A DNA stretch of 55,779 nucleotides from a virus (Duplodnaviria; Caudoviricetes): positions 1 through 55,779 of IMG/VR virus record IMGVR_UViG_3300017565_000006; one strand, given 5' to 3'. The notes under the pieces were generated by a model that worked only from the letters and a program-made list of their open reading frames with translations, was not told the origin of the DNA and ran no database searches. This document shows positions 18,407-27,521 of the stretch, one piece after another. Position 1 is the stretch's first letter, and each line of letters starts with the position of its first letter. The position numbers were made by a program, and so were the translations under genes.

Positions 18407-18988
18407 TCAAAAAATCAAATCACCGAACACGCCTTCGTGCGTCAATACTTCACACAATGCGTTAACGTCGTCAAGGGCTCTGTGCGTTTGCGCAAGAGGC
18501 TTTCCCAAGGACCACTCGTAAAGCTCTACCAATCTAGGCCGCCGCCCCCAATGGCTCTGAAACATGCCGGCCGAACATATCTCGCCCTCTTCGGGCCAAT
18601 GGTCGAATGAATCGATTGCTTCGTCAACGGTCAACAGCTCGCCGCGAGCCAATGCAAAACGCATAAACTCAAATGCGAGCATCGATCTATCAAAAGGAAG
18701 ATTGTGCGCAATTGCGTATTTGACGCCCTCGAAATGAGGCGCGATCTCCGGCCACACTTCGCCGAACGTTGGCGCAGTGGCCAGCTGCTCATTCGTGATG
18801 CCAGTTATTTTTGTGATCTCTGGCCCGATTTGCATTTTCGGATTCACCAGCGTGTTGAATTCGCGCAAACGCTTTCCGCTAGAATCCAAAACCGCACAAC
18901 CAAATTCAATGATGCGCGGTTGCTGGTCGACGTGTACTTTGGGATGCTTCGGCAATCCGGTAGTTTCTGTGTCAAAGACAATAATCAT
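18407..18988 (-). CDS. DnaQ-like DEDDh 3'-5' exonuclease (Pol III epsilon family)
   Basis: FDTETTGL (ExoI), AHNLPFD (ExoII), HRALDDV (ExoIII). Confidence 0.92.
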   Translation of the reverse strand: MIIVFDTETTGLPKHPKVHVDQQPRIIEFGCAVLDSSGKRLREFNTLVNPKMQIGPEITKITGITNEQLATAPTFGEVWPEIAPHFEGVKYAIAHNLPFDRSMLAFEFMRFALARGELLTVDEAIDSFDHWPEEGEICSAGMFQSHWGRRPRLVELYEWSLGKPLAQTHRALDDVNALCEVLTHEGVFGDLIF

Positions 18989-19221
18989 TAAGAAAGATCC
19001 TTTATCCGTTGTAGCAGTCTGGTGATTTCCGTGGCGCAAATCTTCCGCGCGTTGGTCTCACGATTCAGGCTTGCGCGCAGATCCCATATGTATCGAGACA
19101 AGACGACTAGCGCGTTGTCGCTTTCTGACCGTTGCGCTGATTTGGAAAGACCGTGGGCAATGGCCATCGCCCTATCAACGTCGACGCCGTCAACGTTGAT
19201 TGTTGCATCTGGATCTAGCAT
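18988..19221 (-). CDS. hypothetical protein
   Basis: Stop overlaps the exonuclease ATG. Confidence 0.55.
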   Translation of the reverse strand: MLDPDATINVDGVDVDRAMAIAHGLSKSAQRSESDNALVVLSRYIWDLRASLNRETNARKICATEITRLLQRIKDLS

Positions 19222-19402
19222 CGGGATCGGCTTGGATCTTGTCCAGGATAGTGCCCATTGGTTCAGGGCACCGAAAAGACGTGTTGTCGTACATGCGTAC
19301 GATCACGCAGTCGGAAGCTTGCTCAAGCTCACAGATTGAGCCTATTGGAAGCTCTGCGACGTATTTGTACCCGTCATCGAGAATCGCCGGTAATTGAATC
19401 AT
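19190..19402 (-). CDS. hypothetical protein
   Basis: 70-aa ORF in the operon. Confidence 0.5.
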   Translation of the reverse strand: MIQLPAILDDGYKYVAELPIGSICELEQASDCVIVRMYDNTSFRCPEPMGTILDKIQADPDARSRCNNQR

Positions 19403-19418
19403 GACCGGCGCTCGAAAT

Positions 19419-19442
19419 GCCCCGGCATGGACGCGCCGGGGC
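19419..19442 (-). terminator. GC-rich hairpin, possible intrinsic terminator
   Basis: GCCCCGGC-N8-GCCGGGGC followed by ATTTC on the - strand, intergenic. Confidence 0.5.
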
Positions 19443-19462
19443 GAATTGGATTGCGATTACTG

Positions 19463-20032
19463 TCAGCTGCCATGATCTACCTCGCGTGGCCTCTCTAGTG
19501 TGATGCCTACGTGATTCTTTTCGGAAAGCTTCTGTACAAAGCCGTTGGCACGATAACCCAGCTCAGCAGAAAGGTCATCCATCAAAACGCCTTCCGTACC
19601 ATGGGCAATGATCGCGTCTAGCACTTCCTTGGTTATCGATTGCTTGTGCAGCTTACTCAATTTCTTGGTGTGTGGAAGGTACGTCACCCGCTTAACGCGG
19701 CTTGAGCGAATTTCGGCGCGATGCGTCCCGGCGAAAGGCTTATGAGGCGCTTCGGGGATCTGCTCATTGGCCCGCCGCGACAGCTCGGCAACCAAGGTTC
19801 CCTCTGGATAGGTGAACGTTAGCCGGATCTTATCGACGGTCTCTTCGCGCTCCACCCGCACGAGCGCGCTTGAACTCTTCGACGCCGCGCGCACCTTGCG
19901 CAGCGCTACCTTTCGGTCGGGGAACTTGCTTACCTGCTTTTCGACCGGCACCAAGTTATTGAATGCTTCGATCAATTGCTTGGTGGTCATCTTGTCGAAT
20001 TTGTCATGCCCAAGCTTGTTTTTCGTAGCCAT
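19463..20032 (-). CDS. putative DNA-binding protein (C-terminal winged HTH-like)
   Basis: Basic protein; C-terminal EVLDAII...GVLMDDLSAELG...VQKLSEKNHV resembles a wHTH; GGAG RBS. Confidence 0.5.
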   Translation of the reverse strand: MATKNKLGHDKFDKMTTKQLIEAFNNLVPVEKQVSKFPDRKVALRKVRAASKSSSALVRVEREETVDKIRLTFTYPEGTLVAELSRRANEQIPEAPHKPFAGTHRAEIRSSRVKRVTYLPHTKKLSKLHKQSITKEVLDAIIAHGTEGVLMDDLSAELGYRANGFVQKLSEKNHVGITLERPREVDHGS

Positions 20033-20034
20033 GG

Positions 20035-20316
20035 TCAGATGCTCCTGTAAATTTGGAAAATTATGTACCAAAACGGAATCACTAGAACCAAGCCAACCAA
20101 AATCCCCTTTGCAAAGCTTCGCGCGTCTTCCATGTCGCTACACGATCCCTTGTCACGTGAGCAGTTCCACAGATCCGGCGCCGAACGCGCCCGGAAATGT
20201 GCGCTCCCTCCGTATTGATGCCAGCGCCAAAGCCAAGCCTCGCGGCGTCGACCGTTCCTTAGCGCCATGTAGTCCGGAATCTTCGTTTCAGTCTCTTGCG
20301 CATCGTCAATCAGCAT
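20035..20316 (-). CDS. hypothetical protein with C-terminal TM helix
   Basis: GILVGLVLVIPFWYIIF; start uncertain. Confidence 0.5.
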   Translation of the reverse strand: MLIDDAQETETKIPDYMALRNGRRREAWLWRWHQYGGSAHFRARSAPDLWNCSRDKGSCSDMEDARSFAKGILVGLVLVIPFWYIIFQIYRSI

Positions 20317-21011
20317 TCTTCAAGTCCTTTCGTCGTTACGTTTGCCTTTCGACCAAGGGAAAAGCCCTGCAAAAATGTGGCCTCGTCCCTCACTGATATC
20401 TTCGGCGAAAGCGTCTTACTCGCCGTTTCACCCAACTGGCGCGTCAACGCCTCACGCTTTGCGATCACTAGCGACGTACCGCTAGCGGCGGCGCTACTCA
20501 TTGCTCGCTTTCTGTATTCGAGTGCTTCGTAAACCCTGCGGCATACCCCTAATGCATACCCCTTCATAAAATCGTTGACGGCAACCCGCCCTCGGCAATT
20601 CTCAGCGGCCCGATGGGCCAACGCATAGACCGTTACCAAAGTTTGCGCCGCGCACTGCCGATCACCGTTGAATCCATAGATACGCAGCGCTTCCTGATTC
20701 TTGCCTACCGCGACCCGAACAACACAATCATTCAATTCTGCAATCGCGCAGGCCATCCATTGAACCCATTTAGGCACCTTGCGAGCGATACCGCCGCCGG
20801 CAAGGCGACAAAAGAAATGCTCTGCGTCAATCTCCCGGCCAGACTCGATCTCTGCCCTAATCAAGTCAGCGTGCGTCAGGTTGTACTTTTCCATAGTCCG
20901 CTGAGCCATGCGCGCGGCCGTCGCGGCTTCGTGCTCGGTCGCACCGTTGCATTCGGCCAGCGCAAGCATCTTGCGAATACGCTCAATCGTCGCTTGCAGG
21001 TCATCAGACAT
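20310..21011 (-). CDS. DUF2786-domain protein
   Basis: N-terminal IERIRKMLALA...EHEAATAARMAQRTMEKYNL signature. Confidence 0.85.
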   Translation of the reverse strand: MSDDLQATIERIRKMLALAECNGATEHEAATAARMAQRTMEKYNLTHADLIRAEIESGREIDAEHFFCRLAGGGIARKVPKWVQWMACAIAELNDCVVRVAVGKNQEALRIYGFNGDRQCAAQTLVTVYALAHRAAENCRGRVAVNDFMKGYALGVCRRVYEALEYRKRAMSSAAASGTSLVIAKREALTRQLGETASKTLSPKISVRDEATFLQGFSLGRKANVTTKGLEEC

Positions 21012-21300
21012 TTGCGCGGGCCTCTTTGCGAACTCTGGCGGCAAGCGCGGTAAGCACCCGGCTGTCAGTGCGGTACATTGACGCGGCAAGCTTCTCGGTC
21101 GTTTTGTCGTGACCGATTTCGCAGGCTTCATTGGCCAGCTCGGTCAGCGCCTGCGCTACCTCCTCGGAGGCGGCAATCGTTACACCGTCGACCGCGGCCC
21201 GAACCTTGATTAATTCGTCGGAATCAAACTCGGAAACGTCACAGATACCGGCTGCTACCAGGGATGCGAGCTGCCTATCTGAGATACGAACTTTTGACAT
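21004..21300 (-). CDS. hypothetical protein
   Basis: First gene after promoter cassette 1; AGAAAGGA RBS. Confidence 0.7.
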   Translation of the reverse strand: MSKVRISDRQLASLVAAGICDVSEFDSDELIKVRAAVDGVTIAASEEVAQALTELANEACEIGHDKTTEKLAASMYRTDSRVLTALAARVRKEARANV

Positions 21301-21310
21301 AAAGCACTTT

Positions 21311-21376
21311 TCCTTTCTGGGCCCGGTTCAGCCACCGGGCATGTGCGTACTCTACGCCAATGGAGCAGAAAAGCAA
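21311..21376 (-). promoter_or_regulatory. sigma70-like promoter + stem-loop + SD cassette 1
   Basis: TTGCTT-16-TAGAGT, hairpin 21321-21340, CAGAAAGGA. Confidence 0.55.
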
Positions 21377-21378
21377 AT

Positions 21379-21585
21379 TTATTTTGCGCCAGCCTCCCAC
21401 CGCTCGCGCCGAGCTACTTCCTCCTTGTGCTTCGGGCACAAAGACTGGTCAGCTTTTACTGGCCAATTGCATCTGACCGCCCCTGTCTTTATCCGGGTGA
21501 CATGCTCGCAGCGTTTGCGCTTTGCCTTCATCGAAAATCTCCAGGTCATCGCCGTACTCAATCGCGCAGGTCGGACATATGACAC
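21379..21585 (-). CDS. small Zn-finger-like protein (start uncertain)
   Basis: RCEH...RCNW...LCPKH. Confidence 0.45.
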   Translation of the reverse strand: MSYVRPARLSTAMTWRFSMKAKRKRCEHVTRIKTGAVRCNWPVKADQSLCPKHKEEVARRERWEAGAK

Positions 21586-21651
21586 ATGGAGGCCCGAACA
21601 CGCCGTTGCAGTTTAAACAACGGCGGGCCCCGTTTCCAATTGGCCATGAAA

Positions 21652-22749
21652 TCATTTAAACCGCCACCCTGAAGCTTGTTGCAAAATCAATTTGAAGGTG
21701 ACGATAGCATCCTTTCGCATCTCGCCGCGATGGGCGCTGAACCATTGACGCAAAAGGCTCTCGGGTGAGGTCGCAACAGCGGGCGCCTTCGCAACGTAGT
21801 CGGCATGACTGCGAACAATCGAGCCGTAGGGCGAGCCGCAGTAAACCGTATTGGTCATGCCCTTTTCAACGTACGCCTCCAATTCCTTTTGATCCTTGAC
21901 GATGATTCCCTCGGGATGCTTGCGGCGGAAGAGCCGATAGCACGCTTCCTTGACCATCTGCGGCGCGCCATACTCGGCGTATGAAAGGTCCGGAGTTTCA
22001 GCTTCCATCAACGTGGCTATCTCTTCCCACCGCTCAGAATCGAACCACATATCTTTGGTGAGCATCTGCAAGTCGAACGTAGAAACGGTCTGGCGGTCGC
22101 GCTCCAGCGTCAAGAATTCGGGCTTAACGTCGTAGCCAAACATCAGTTGAGTATTGCAGATGAAGAGTGAGCCGACGTACAGCTTGCCGCGGCGATCACG
22201 CAGGATCTTGCCGAACGCTGTTTCGATGATCGGGCCGACATTGTCTTGCATGTACAAGCAACTATTCTTTATTCCCGCAATCTCTTCCGGCGTCAGATTG
22301 CCAATGATAAAGCTCAGGCCCTCATTGCGTCGCGGCGCTGGGGAATCCTCGATGCACAACACGTCAGTTTTGAACGTGTTGCTATACCTGAAACAGGGCC
22401 GCCAGATGCGATCACCGTTCAGAACGTCCACGTCATAGCCTTCGCGCGCCAAAACTAGCAAGGCGATTTTGTAGCCTTCACCAAAAGACCCAATGCTGTC
22501 TTTGTCGTCGGCCTTGCTCGTTTTGCCTAACAACAACGTCTCGGGCGCAAGGTGAGAGTTTCGGCTGTGAATGCGCAGTTCTGAGCCTTCAAATTCATAT
22601 TCAAAGGGCGACTCGCTATCTAGCGCGTTTTGGATAATCTCTCGAACGGCTTCCTGCATTCCCCAATGGCGCACGTAGGTACGTGCGATAGGAAGCTCGT
22701 AGGTGTTGCTGAAGTTCAGAATGTTTCTTATTGCGTTCATTTTATGCAA
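21652..22749 (-). CDS. GHKL (HATPase_c-like) ATPase-domain protein
   Basis: WGMQEAVREIIQNALDS N-box; LLLGKTSK; IGSFGEGYKIALLVL G2 box. Confidence 0.8.
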   Translation of the reverse strand: MHKMNAIRNILNFSNTYELPIARTYVRHWGMQEAVREIIQNALDSESPFEYEFEGSELRIHSRNSHLAPETLLLGKTSKADDKDSIGSFGEGYKIALLVLAREGYDVDVLNGDRIWRPCFRYSNTFKTDVLCIEDSPAPRRNEGLSFIIGNLTPEEIAGIKNSCLYMQDNVGPIIETAFGKILRDRRGKLYVGSLFICNTQLMFGYDVKPEFLTLERDRQTVSTFDLQMLTKDMWFDSERWEEIATLMEAETPDLSYAEYGAPQMVKEACYRLFRRKHPEGIIVKDQKELEAYVEKGMTNTVYCGSPYGSIVRSHADYVAKAPAVATSPESLLRQWFSAHRGEMRKDAIVTFKLILQQASGWRFK

Positions 22750-22761
22750 CTGGCGTGAAAG

Positions 22762-22959
22762 TTAAGGCAACAAACCCTTGCCGCAGTCAAAACAAACCAT
22801 CTCCGGGCTACCGTGGTGGCTAACGTCGACCTCATCGATATGCGGGCAAAGCTCCTGTAATGCGTTTATGGCGTTCGTATACTGGGCAACGCGGTCCATC
22901 AGCTTGCGGCGCTGATCCCATAGATTCCTGACGACAGGGTCTTTAGGTTTGCTGCTCAT
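22762..22959 (-). CDS. small Zn-ribbon hypothetical protein
   Basis: LCPH...CFDCG. Confidence 0.5.
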   Translation of the reverse strand: MSSKPKDPVVRNLWDQRRKLMDRVAQYTNAINALQELCPHIDEVDVSHHGSPEMVCFDCGKGLLP

Positions 22960-23264
22960 TGTATCCAGCACTCCGGGTCGGAGCAGGATGGTAGGCCATG
23001 ATAGCCGTTACACTTGGCGCGCAATCGGTTGACGGCAATTGCCGGATCTTTGAGCGCTTGAATGGCAAGCAACAGCTTGCAGCGTTGTGTTGCAAGCATT
23101 TGGATGCGCTCAGCCGTAGCGCCATGACTGCGGCCAAGAAACGAGGCAAGCTCGCCGACGTTATCGGTGGCAACTACAACTGAATGCTCACGAACAAATT
23201 TCATAATGGCTAAATCATCCTCGGCGGTCCAGCTGGCGCCGTGGTTATCGGGCTTTTTATTCAT
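22956..23264 (-). CDS. hypothetical protein with Myb/SANT-like HTH
   Basis: WTAEDDLAI...ELASFLGRSHGATAERI. Confidence 0.6.
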   Translation of the reverse strand: MNKKPDNHGASWTAEDDLAIMKFVREHSVVVATDNVGELASFLGRSHGATAERIQMLATQRCKLLLAIQALKDPAIAVNRLRAKCNGYHGLPSCSDPECWIQ

Positions 23265-23509
23265 TGCTTTTTAACCTCCTGCGGCATTCGATCACGAAGC
23301 GCGACAACGTTTATCTCTGGCCGCATGCGAAGGGTAGCGACCACGCGCCACCCAAAATGATTCACGCGTCGCGCCGTATCATGCGGGTAGATCAGGTGAT
23401 ATCGATTATCCGGGCGCATGAGCACATCTAAGTTAACGTTGTACTTTGTAAGCTCCGCAATAGCTTCATTGAAATCGGCTGTAGAGCCGTCGCTTGCGAA
23501 AGGCATCAA
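23261..23509 (-). CDS. hypothetical protein
   Basis: AGGAG RBS; coupled ORF. Confidence 0.55.
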   Translation of the reverse strand: MMPFASDGSTADFNEAIAELTKYNVNLDVLMRPDNRYHLIYPHDTARRVNHFGWRVVATLRMRPEINVVALRDRMPQEVKKQ

Positions 23510-23530
23510 AGCACTCCTGTTTGCTGAAAG

Positions 23531-23755
23531 TCATACATGGTTGCGCGCTACTCGATGCCACGTGAAGTTATCGCCGCGCACGCCCTTGTACAGCTTCACA
23601 TCTAGCCCGGTAACGGTGCGAATGTTCTTTATCGCAGCGGCGCGGTTTTTGTAGCCTTCGCTCGCGGCACCCAAAATCCGGCCATTGCTGGCTTTCATCC
23701 TCCAGCGCCATTCATTCCGATTGTATCGGAAAAGCGTTACGGTAAATTTCTGCAT
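23531..23755 (-). CDS. YegP/DUF1508 family protein
   Basis: EWRWRMKASNGRILG-SEGYKNRAAAIKNI signature. Confidence 0.85.
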   Translation of the reverse strand: MQKFTVTLFRYNRNEWRWRMKASNGRILGAASEGYKNRAAAIKNIRTVTGLDVKLYKGVRGDNFTWHRVARNHV

Positions 23756-23757
23756 TG

Positions 23758-24057
23758 TCAGGTCCTCTCGAATTGCTTTAAAGCTGCTCTCAAGCGAGAC
23801 AGCACCACACCACCATTAACGCCCGGGCTGCACCCGGATATCCATAGAACCGCGTCGCGGGCAGCGCTCTTCAAATCTTCGGCGCCGTTCAACGTTTGGG
23901 CTATCTTTTCAGCGTCCTTTAAATCGAAGCATTCACAAAGCCAATACGGCCGATCTGGCCCATAGGCAGGATGCGGCGTCTCATTGTCCACCACAGTGCC
24001 CTCAAAACAGCAGTGCGCGGACTCTGAGCCCTTTAATACTTTATATCTGGCATTCAT
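23758..24057 (-). CDS. hypothetical protein
   Basis: SESAHCCFEGTVVD...LCECF...AEKIAQTLN. Confidence 0.6.
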   Translation of the reverse strand: MNARYKVLKGSESAHCCFEGTVVDNETPHPAYGPDRPYWLCECFDLKDAEKIAQTLNGAEDLKSAARDAVLWISGCSPGVNGGVVLSRLRAALKQFERT

Positions 24058-24389
24058 TTTAGCCCCAGCTCCAGTTGATGAGGATTGAAGTGATTTGACT
24101 TGGCTATGTTAGATTTTTGCGGAATGATCTGTAGATTCCACGGCACATTCAGGCCGCAGACCATTGGATGCGTCAACGGAACAACATGATCCAGCACATG
24201 GCGGACGCCTGTTTCCTGAGTGACCCGTAGCTTTTCCTTCTGAAGTTCCATCATCTCCTTGTGACTGACCCACGGAGGCGTCGCGAGAATCTTTTGCTCT
24301 ACATAACGACGGCGCGAATGCTTATAAAGCCACAGCGGCGGCAAGCCCGCTAAGACCAACTCGCGAAGTCGTTTGCTGTAGAGCCTCAT
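24054..24389 (-). CDS. HNH endonuclease-like protein
   Basis: ATPPW...HVLDHVVPL...VCGLNVPWNLQII...NIAKSN. Confidence 0.8.
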   Translation of the reverse strand: MRLYSKRLRELVLAGLPPLWLYKHSRRRYVEQKILATPPWVSHKEMMELQKEKLRVTQETGVRHVLDHVVPLTHPMVCGLNVPWNLQIIPQKSNIAKSNHFNPHQLELGLK

Positions 24390-24392
24390 GGA

Positions 24393-24773
24393 TCACAGTG
24401 CCAGTTGATCAATGAACTTTATTTCGCGAAGGATCATATCTAATACGCGGCTTCTGTCAGGCGACTCTGGCAGCTTGCTAATAAAGCCATGTGCGGTCCA
24501 CAGCGTTGTGTCGATCCGTTCCCAAGCGCCGCCCTTGCCAAGCTCTTTGTCCTGATCCCATCGGCGCTCTCGCTTTTCCTTGATCTCATGACCGTCTTCA
24601 TAGTGCTGCACGACTTCGGACGGCAAATGATTCGGGTTAACGATCAACTCGACACCGTTGTAATCGGCGTATAGCTGAACGCCCAAGCGTGCCGCGAGCT
24701 GACACAGCTCGCTGGCGGCGGTCTCGATGGGTGTCCCCCATAGAATTTCGATCTTGATAGAAACGTTTGTCAT
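24393..24773 (-). CDS. hypothetical protein
   Basis: Coupled ORF, 126 aa. Confidence 0.6.
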   Translation of the reverse strand: MTNVSIKIEILWGTPIETAASELCQLAARLGVQLYADYNGVELIVNPNHLPSEVVQHYEDGHEIKEKRERRWDQDKELGKGGAWERIDTTLWTAHGFISKLPESPDRSRVLDMILREIKFIDQLAL

Positions 24774-24994
24774 GACAACGCTACCTGTTTGTATAGATTC
24801 GCAACCCTGCGCGCGGCTTCCCGCTCTTCGTCGATGGCTCGGCTCACGTATGATTCGTACACCTCGTACCGTTCATGCGCTTCCTCACACATATATCGAT
24901 AACATTGAGCTTCCATCAGGCGTTTTTCAGCGCGTCGAAGCAACCATTTCCTAATCAAATTAATCACTGCTAGTTCTCCTTTCTTGTTGAACAA
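24770..24994 (-). CDS. hypothetical protein
   Basis: Coupled ORF; the start may be the GTG after AAAGGAG. Confidence 0.5.
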   Translation of the reverse strand: MFNKKGELAVINLIRKWLLRRAEKRLMEAQCYRYMCEEAHERYEVYESYVSRAIDEEREAARRVANLYKQVALS

Positions 24995-25193
24995 CGAGCG
25001 GTAAGCGGGTCTCTCGAACCTTTTTCGCCAGCTCTAAATAACTCTCGGCGCAATGGCCCAATGCGTCCCTGAAGTGAATCAAAGTCCTTGCTGCCTTGGC
25101 CACGTCTTCCGGTGTCTTGATAGTGGCGGCAAGCTCAATCGCCTGTCGTTCCTGATCTACCGTCAACAGATAATCGTGAAGCTTCGGCACCAT
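24960..25193 (-). CDS. hypothetical protein
   Basis: AGAAAGGA RBS. Confidence 0.6.
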   Translation of the reverse strand: MVPKLHDYLLTVDQERQAIELAATIKTPEDVAKAARTLIHFRDALGHCAESYLELAKKVRETRLPLVVQQERRTSSD

Positions 25194-25224
25194 GGTTATT
25201 TTCCTTTCTAAAGTGTGAAATGGA

Positions 25225-25983
25225 TCAACGCCAAAGTCCGGACAACTCTTCAGTCATTCGCCACAGTTGGACGTTGAAGTGTATGTCAACACGAATCGAC
25301 TTGATCGGGCGGGACTTAAATCTCATTCCGCTTGGGGACACTCCTTTCTGGCCGCCCTTGGTTGCATTCTCATGCACCCGTTGAAAGACCGTCAATAGGT
25401 TGACCGCGTCTTCCTCCTCTCGGCGAGACTTCAGAAGGTCAGCACTCTTATAAAAACCGCAGTCAGGGAACCGAAGCGCGGACGCAAGGCGCGCATATTC
25501 CAACCGATGATCAATGCTCAATTTCAGCTTATTCCAGCGCTCTAGGGTTTTTCTATGCTTATCGAAGCCCTCCGCTAGCTTAAGCGTGCTCACAACAAAG
25601 TCATGCCCGTTCACTTTGGAATGTCTGGTGACGAGCTGGGCGGACAAATCGCCGATGACCATGCCCGTTGCGCTGACCGGTCGAAAGAACCCTGCGGCGG
25701 CGAAGGCGTTGCAACTGCCGTCATGGGAATTCATCACCAGCAAGCGCGGCACCATGCCGAAAGACTCGGGCGCGTTGTTCTGCCGGAAATCAAGGGCATG
25801 TCTCGCAAAAAGCGGGTCGCGCGTGCGGGTCTTAGAAGCCTTTGCAGCGGCCAACGTCCAGCCCTGCCGTTCCATCTGCCTAATCACTTCCACCGAGCTA
25901 ACGTGCACGTATCGCGGGCTCATGCCCGGTTTTGCGTGCTCCTGCAGGATCGTCTTGGGGATGTCGTAAAAGTCGTCTCTCAT
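25225..25983 (-). CDS. DUF932/DUF945 family protein
   Basis: SPRYVHVSS, VMNSHDGS, GFFRPVSATGMVIG, VFQRVHENATKGG, FNVQLW. Confidence 0.8.
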   Translation of the reverse strand: MRDDFYDIPKTILQEHAKPGMSPRYVHVSSVEVIRQMERQGWTLAAAKASKTRTRDPLFARHALDFRQNNAPESFGMVPRLLVMNSHDGSCNAFAAAGFFRPVSATGMVIGDLSAQLVTRHSKVNGHDFVVSTLKLAEGFDKHRKTLERWNKLKLSIDHRLEYARLASALRFPDCGFYKSADLLKSRREEEDAVNLLTVFQRVHENATKGGQKGVSPSGMRFKSRPIKSIRVDIHFNVQLWRMTEELSGLWR

Positions 25984-26738
25984 GGCTTTCTGGATCCATC
26001 GCGAAGGAAGAAAAGAGATAGGAGTGCCAGCCCAAGGCGAGGGTCAAAGGCGCCACCACCACCGCCAGACGAGGCAGGCTCGGCGCGCGGCGCCGCTTGC
26101 GCCATGACCTTGCAGCCGGGGAATTCTGTGATCTGGTTCACAGTCTGTTCGCTACGGACTGTGCTTTCACTGTAAGGGGACATCAGATAGGCGCTCGGAT
26201 CTTCGTCATGGGTGACGCCAATCGTGTGTAACAGCTCATGCGCGATCATTTCGACCGTGGGCCATGACACCGCGACGGCGTATTGCGAGCACGCGCTGTC
26301 AATCATGGCGTAGCCGGCATAGACCCGTGCGCCAGGAAGCGCCTCGCCGCCCTCCACGGTCAGCGCCCGCGAGCTGATCAGCAACGACACATCGCCGCTC
26401 TGACTCTTACGCGCAACCTGCATTGCTTCGAGAATGTCATCGGAGTCGGATACACCGGGCGCAGGGTCTGCAACGGCATACTCGATGACCTGGAAATCGA
26501 CGCCCGCGATATCCGAGGCATCGCGGACCAGCTGTCGGACGTAAGGCTCATTGAATGAGCTGTCGTCGACTGCCACGGATACCGTGACCTGGAGCGCGTG
26601 CGCTGACTTCGGAATCAACGCAGCGGCGACAATGCAGGCCAGCGACAAAATAAGCAGCAACGGCTTACGTTTGATTCCGACGCGGAACATAGCGCCGAAA
26701 ATCATCCCGCTAATGGCGATCAAGATATAACGCAACAT
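25980..26738 (-). CDS. exported metzincin Zn-metalloprotease with GlyGly-CTERM-like sorting tail
   Basis: Hydrophobic N-terminus ending in AHA; HELLHTIGVTH (HExxHxxGxxH) and Met-turn YLMSP; C-terminal SSGGGGGAFDPRLGLALLSLFFLRDGSRKP. Confidence 0.8.
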   Translation of the reverse strand: MLRYILIAISGMIFGAMFRVGIKRKPLLLILSLACIVAAALIPKSAHALQVTVSVAVDDSSFNEPYVRQLVRDASDIAGVDFQVIEYAVADPAPGVSDSDDILEAMQVARKSQSGDVSLLISSRALTVEGGEALPGARVYAGYAMIDSACSQYAVAVSWPTVEMIAHELLHTIGVTHDEDPSAYLMSPYSESTVRSEQTVNQITEFPGCKVMAQAAPRAEPASSGGGGGAFDPRLGLALLSLFFLRDGSRKP

Positions 26739-26740
26739 GT

Positions 26741-26968
26741 TTAGCCCCACAAAGGATTGTTGTAATCACGTTCGCCGCGCTTGAGCTTGCGAATCTCTTG
26801 TTCGATCTCAAGCGCTGGCAGAAGCGCAGCGGTCTTGCGACCAACCCGGCGCCCGAGGTAATCATGTCCGCGCTTAATCATCGCAATCGAGTTTGCAAGA
26901 TGGCTGTCGGCCATTTCGCTGACCAACATGCGGCGGCCATCGGCACAACGCCAGCGAGCTATGCGCAT
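26741..26968 (-). CDS. hypothetical protein
   Basis: WRCADGRRMLVSEMADSHLANSIAMI. Confidence 0.6.
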   Translation of the reverse strand: MRIARWRCADGRRMLVSEMADSHLANSIAMIKRGHDYLGRRVGRKTAALLPALEIEQEIRKLKRGERDYNNPLWG

Positions 26969-26969
26969 G

Positions 26970-27200
26970 TTACTTCCCCGTGAACGGCGCGGGATTCGGC
27001 GCCTTTACAAGGTCCGTCGGCCGGCACATTTCCCGCTGCTCCCATGCGCAGCCGTTAAAAACCCGGTACCACAGATTTACTCGTTCATATTCATCGCCAC
27101 GCGGGCGCCCCTCGCTGACACGATCTGCGCGCTTGCGGCGAATGAAATTCAGCGCGGCCAAGTCTTCCGAAGTGATGGCGGGGTCAGTATCACGACGCAT
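26970..27200 (-). CDS. hypothetical protein
   Basis: AGAAAGGAG RBS. Confidence 0.6.
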   Translation of the reverse strand: MRRDTDPAITSEDLAALNFIRRKRADRVSEGRPRGDEYERVNLWYRVFNGCAWEQREMCRPTDLVKAPNPAPFTGK

Positions 27201-27215
27201 GTAGTTCTCCTTTCT

Positions 27216-27440
27216 TTACGACAGATAAAAGGCGCGGGTCTGAGCACGGATGCGCTTTGCTTCCGGTCGGTTGTGCCAGAAGGCATCCCGCATCAACAAG
27301 TGACCGCTATGGAAATTCGCGACGCAGCCCGCCGTTTCCTTACCGCTCGAATCACGATCGCGGGCCGGTTGATCGGCACGACGGCAACAAGTCGGGCAAA
27401 TGTCGGATGCGTTTTCAGCGGGAGAGATTGCGCGGATCAT
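27216..27440 (-). CDS. hypothetical protein (CPTC motif)
   Basis: First gene after cassette 2. Confidence 0.6.
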   Translation of the reverse strand: MIRAISPAENASDICPTCCRRADQPARDRDSSGKETAGCVANFHSGHLLMRDAFWHNRPEAKRIRAQTRAFYLS

Positions 27441-27447
27441 GTCGGTT

Positions 27448-27517
27448 TCCTTTCTGCCGGCCCGAGCCAATTCCCGAGCCGTGTGCGCAGTATGCCGAAA
27501 TGCTTTATAGGTGTCAA
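27448..27517 (-). promoter_or_regulatory. sigma70-like promoter + stem-loop + SD cassette 2
   Basis: TTGACA-17-CATACT, CACGG, hairpin 27458-27481, CAGAAAGGA. Confidence 0.7.
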
Positions 27518-27521
27518 CGGG

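Noticed and set aside
19419-19442. Third CsrA-type loop (CATGGACG)
   Set aside because: The GGA is on the + strand while this region is transcribed from the - strand; treated as a terminator-like hairpin
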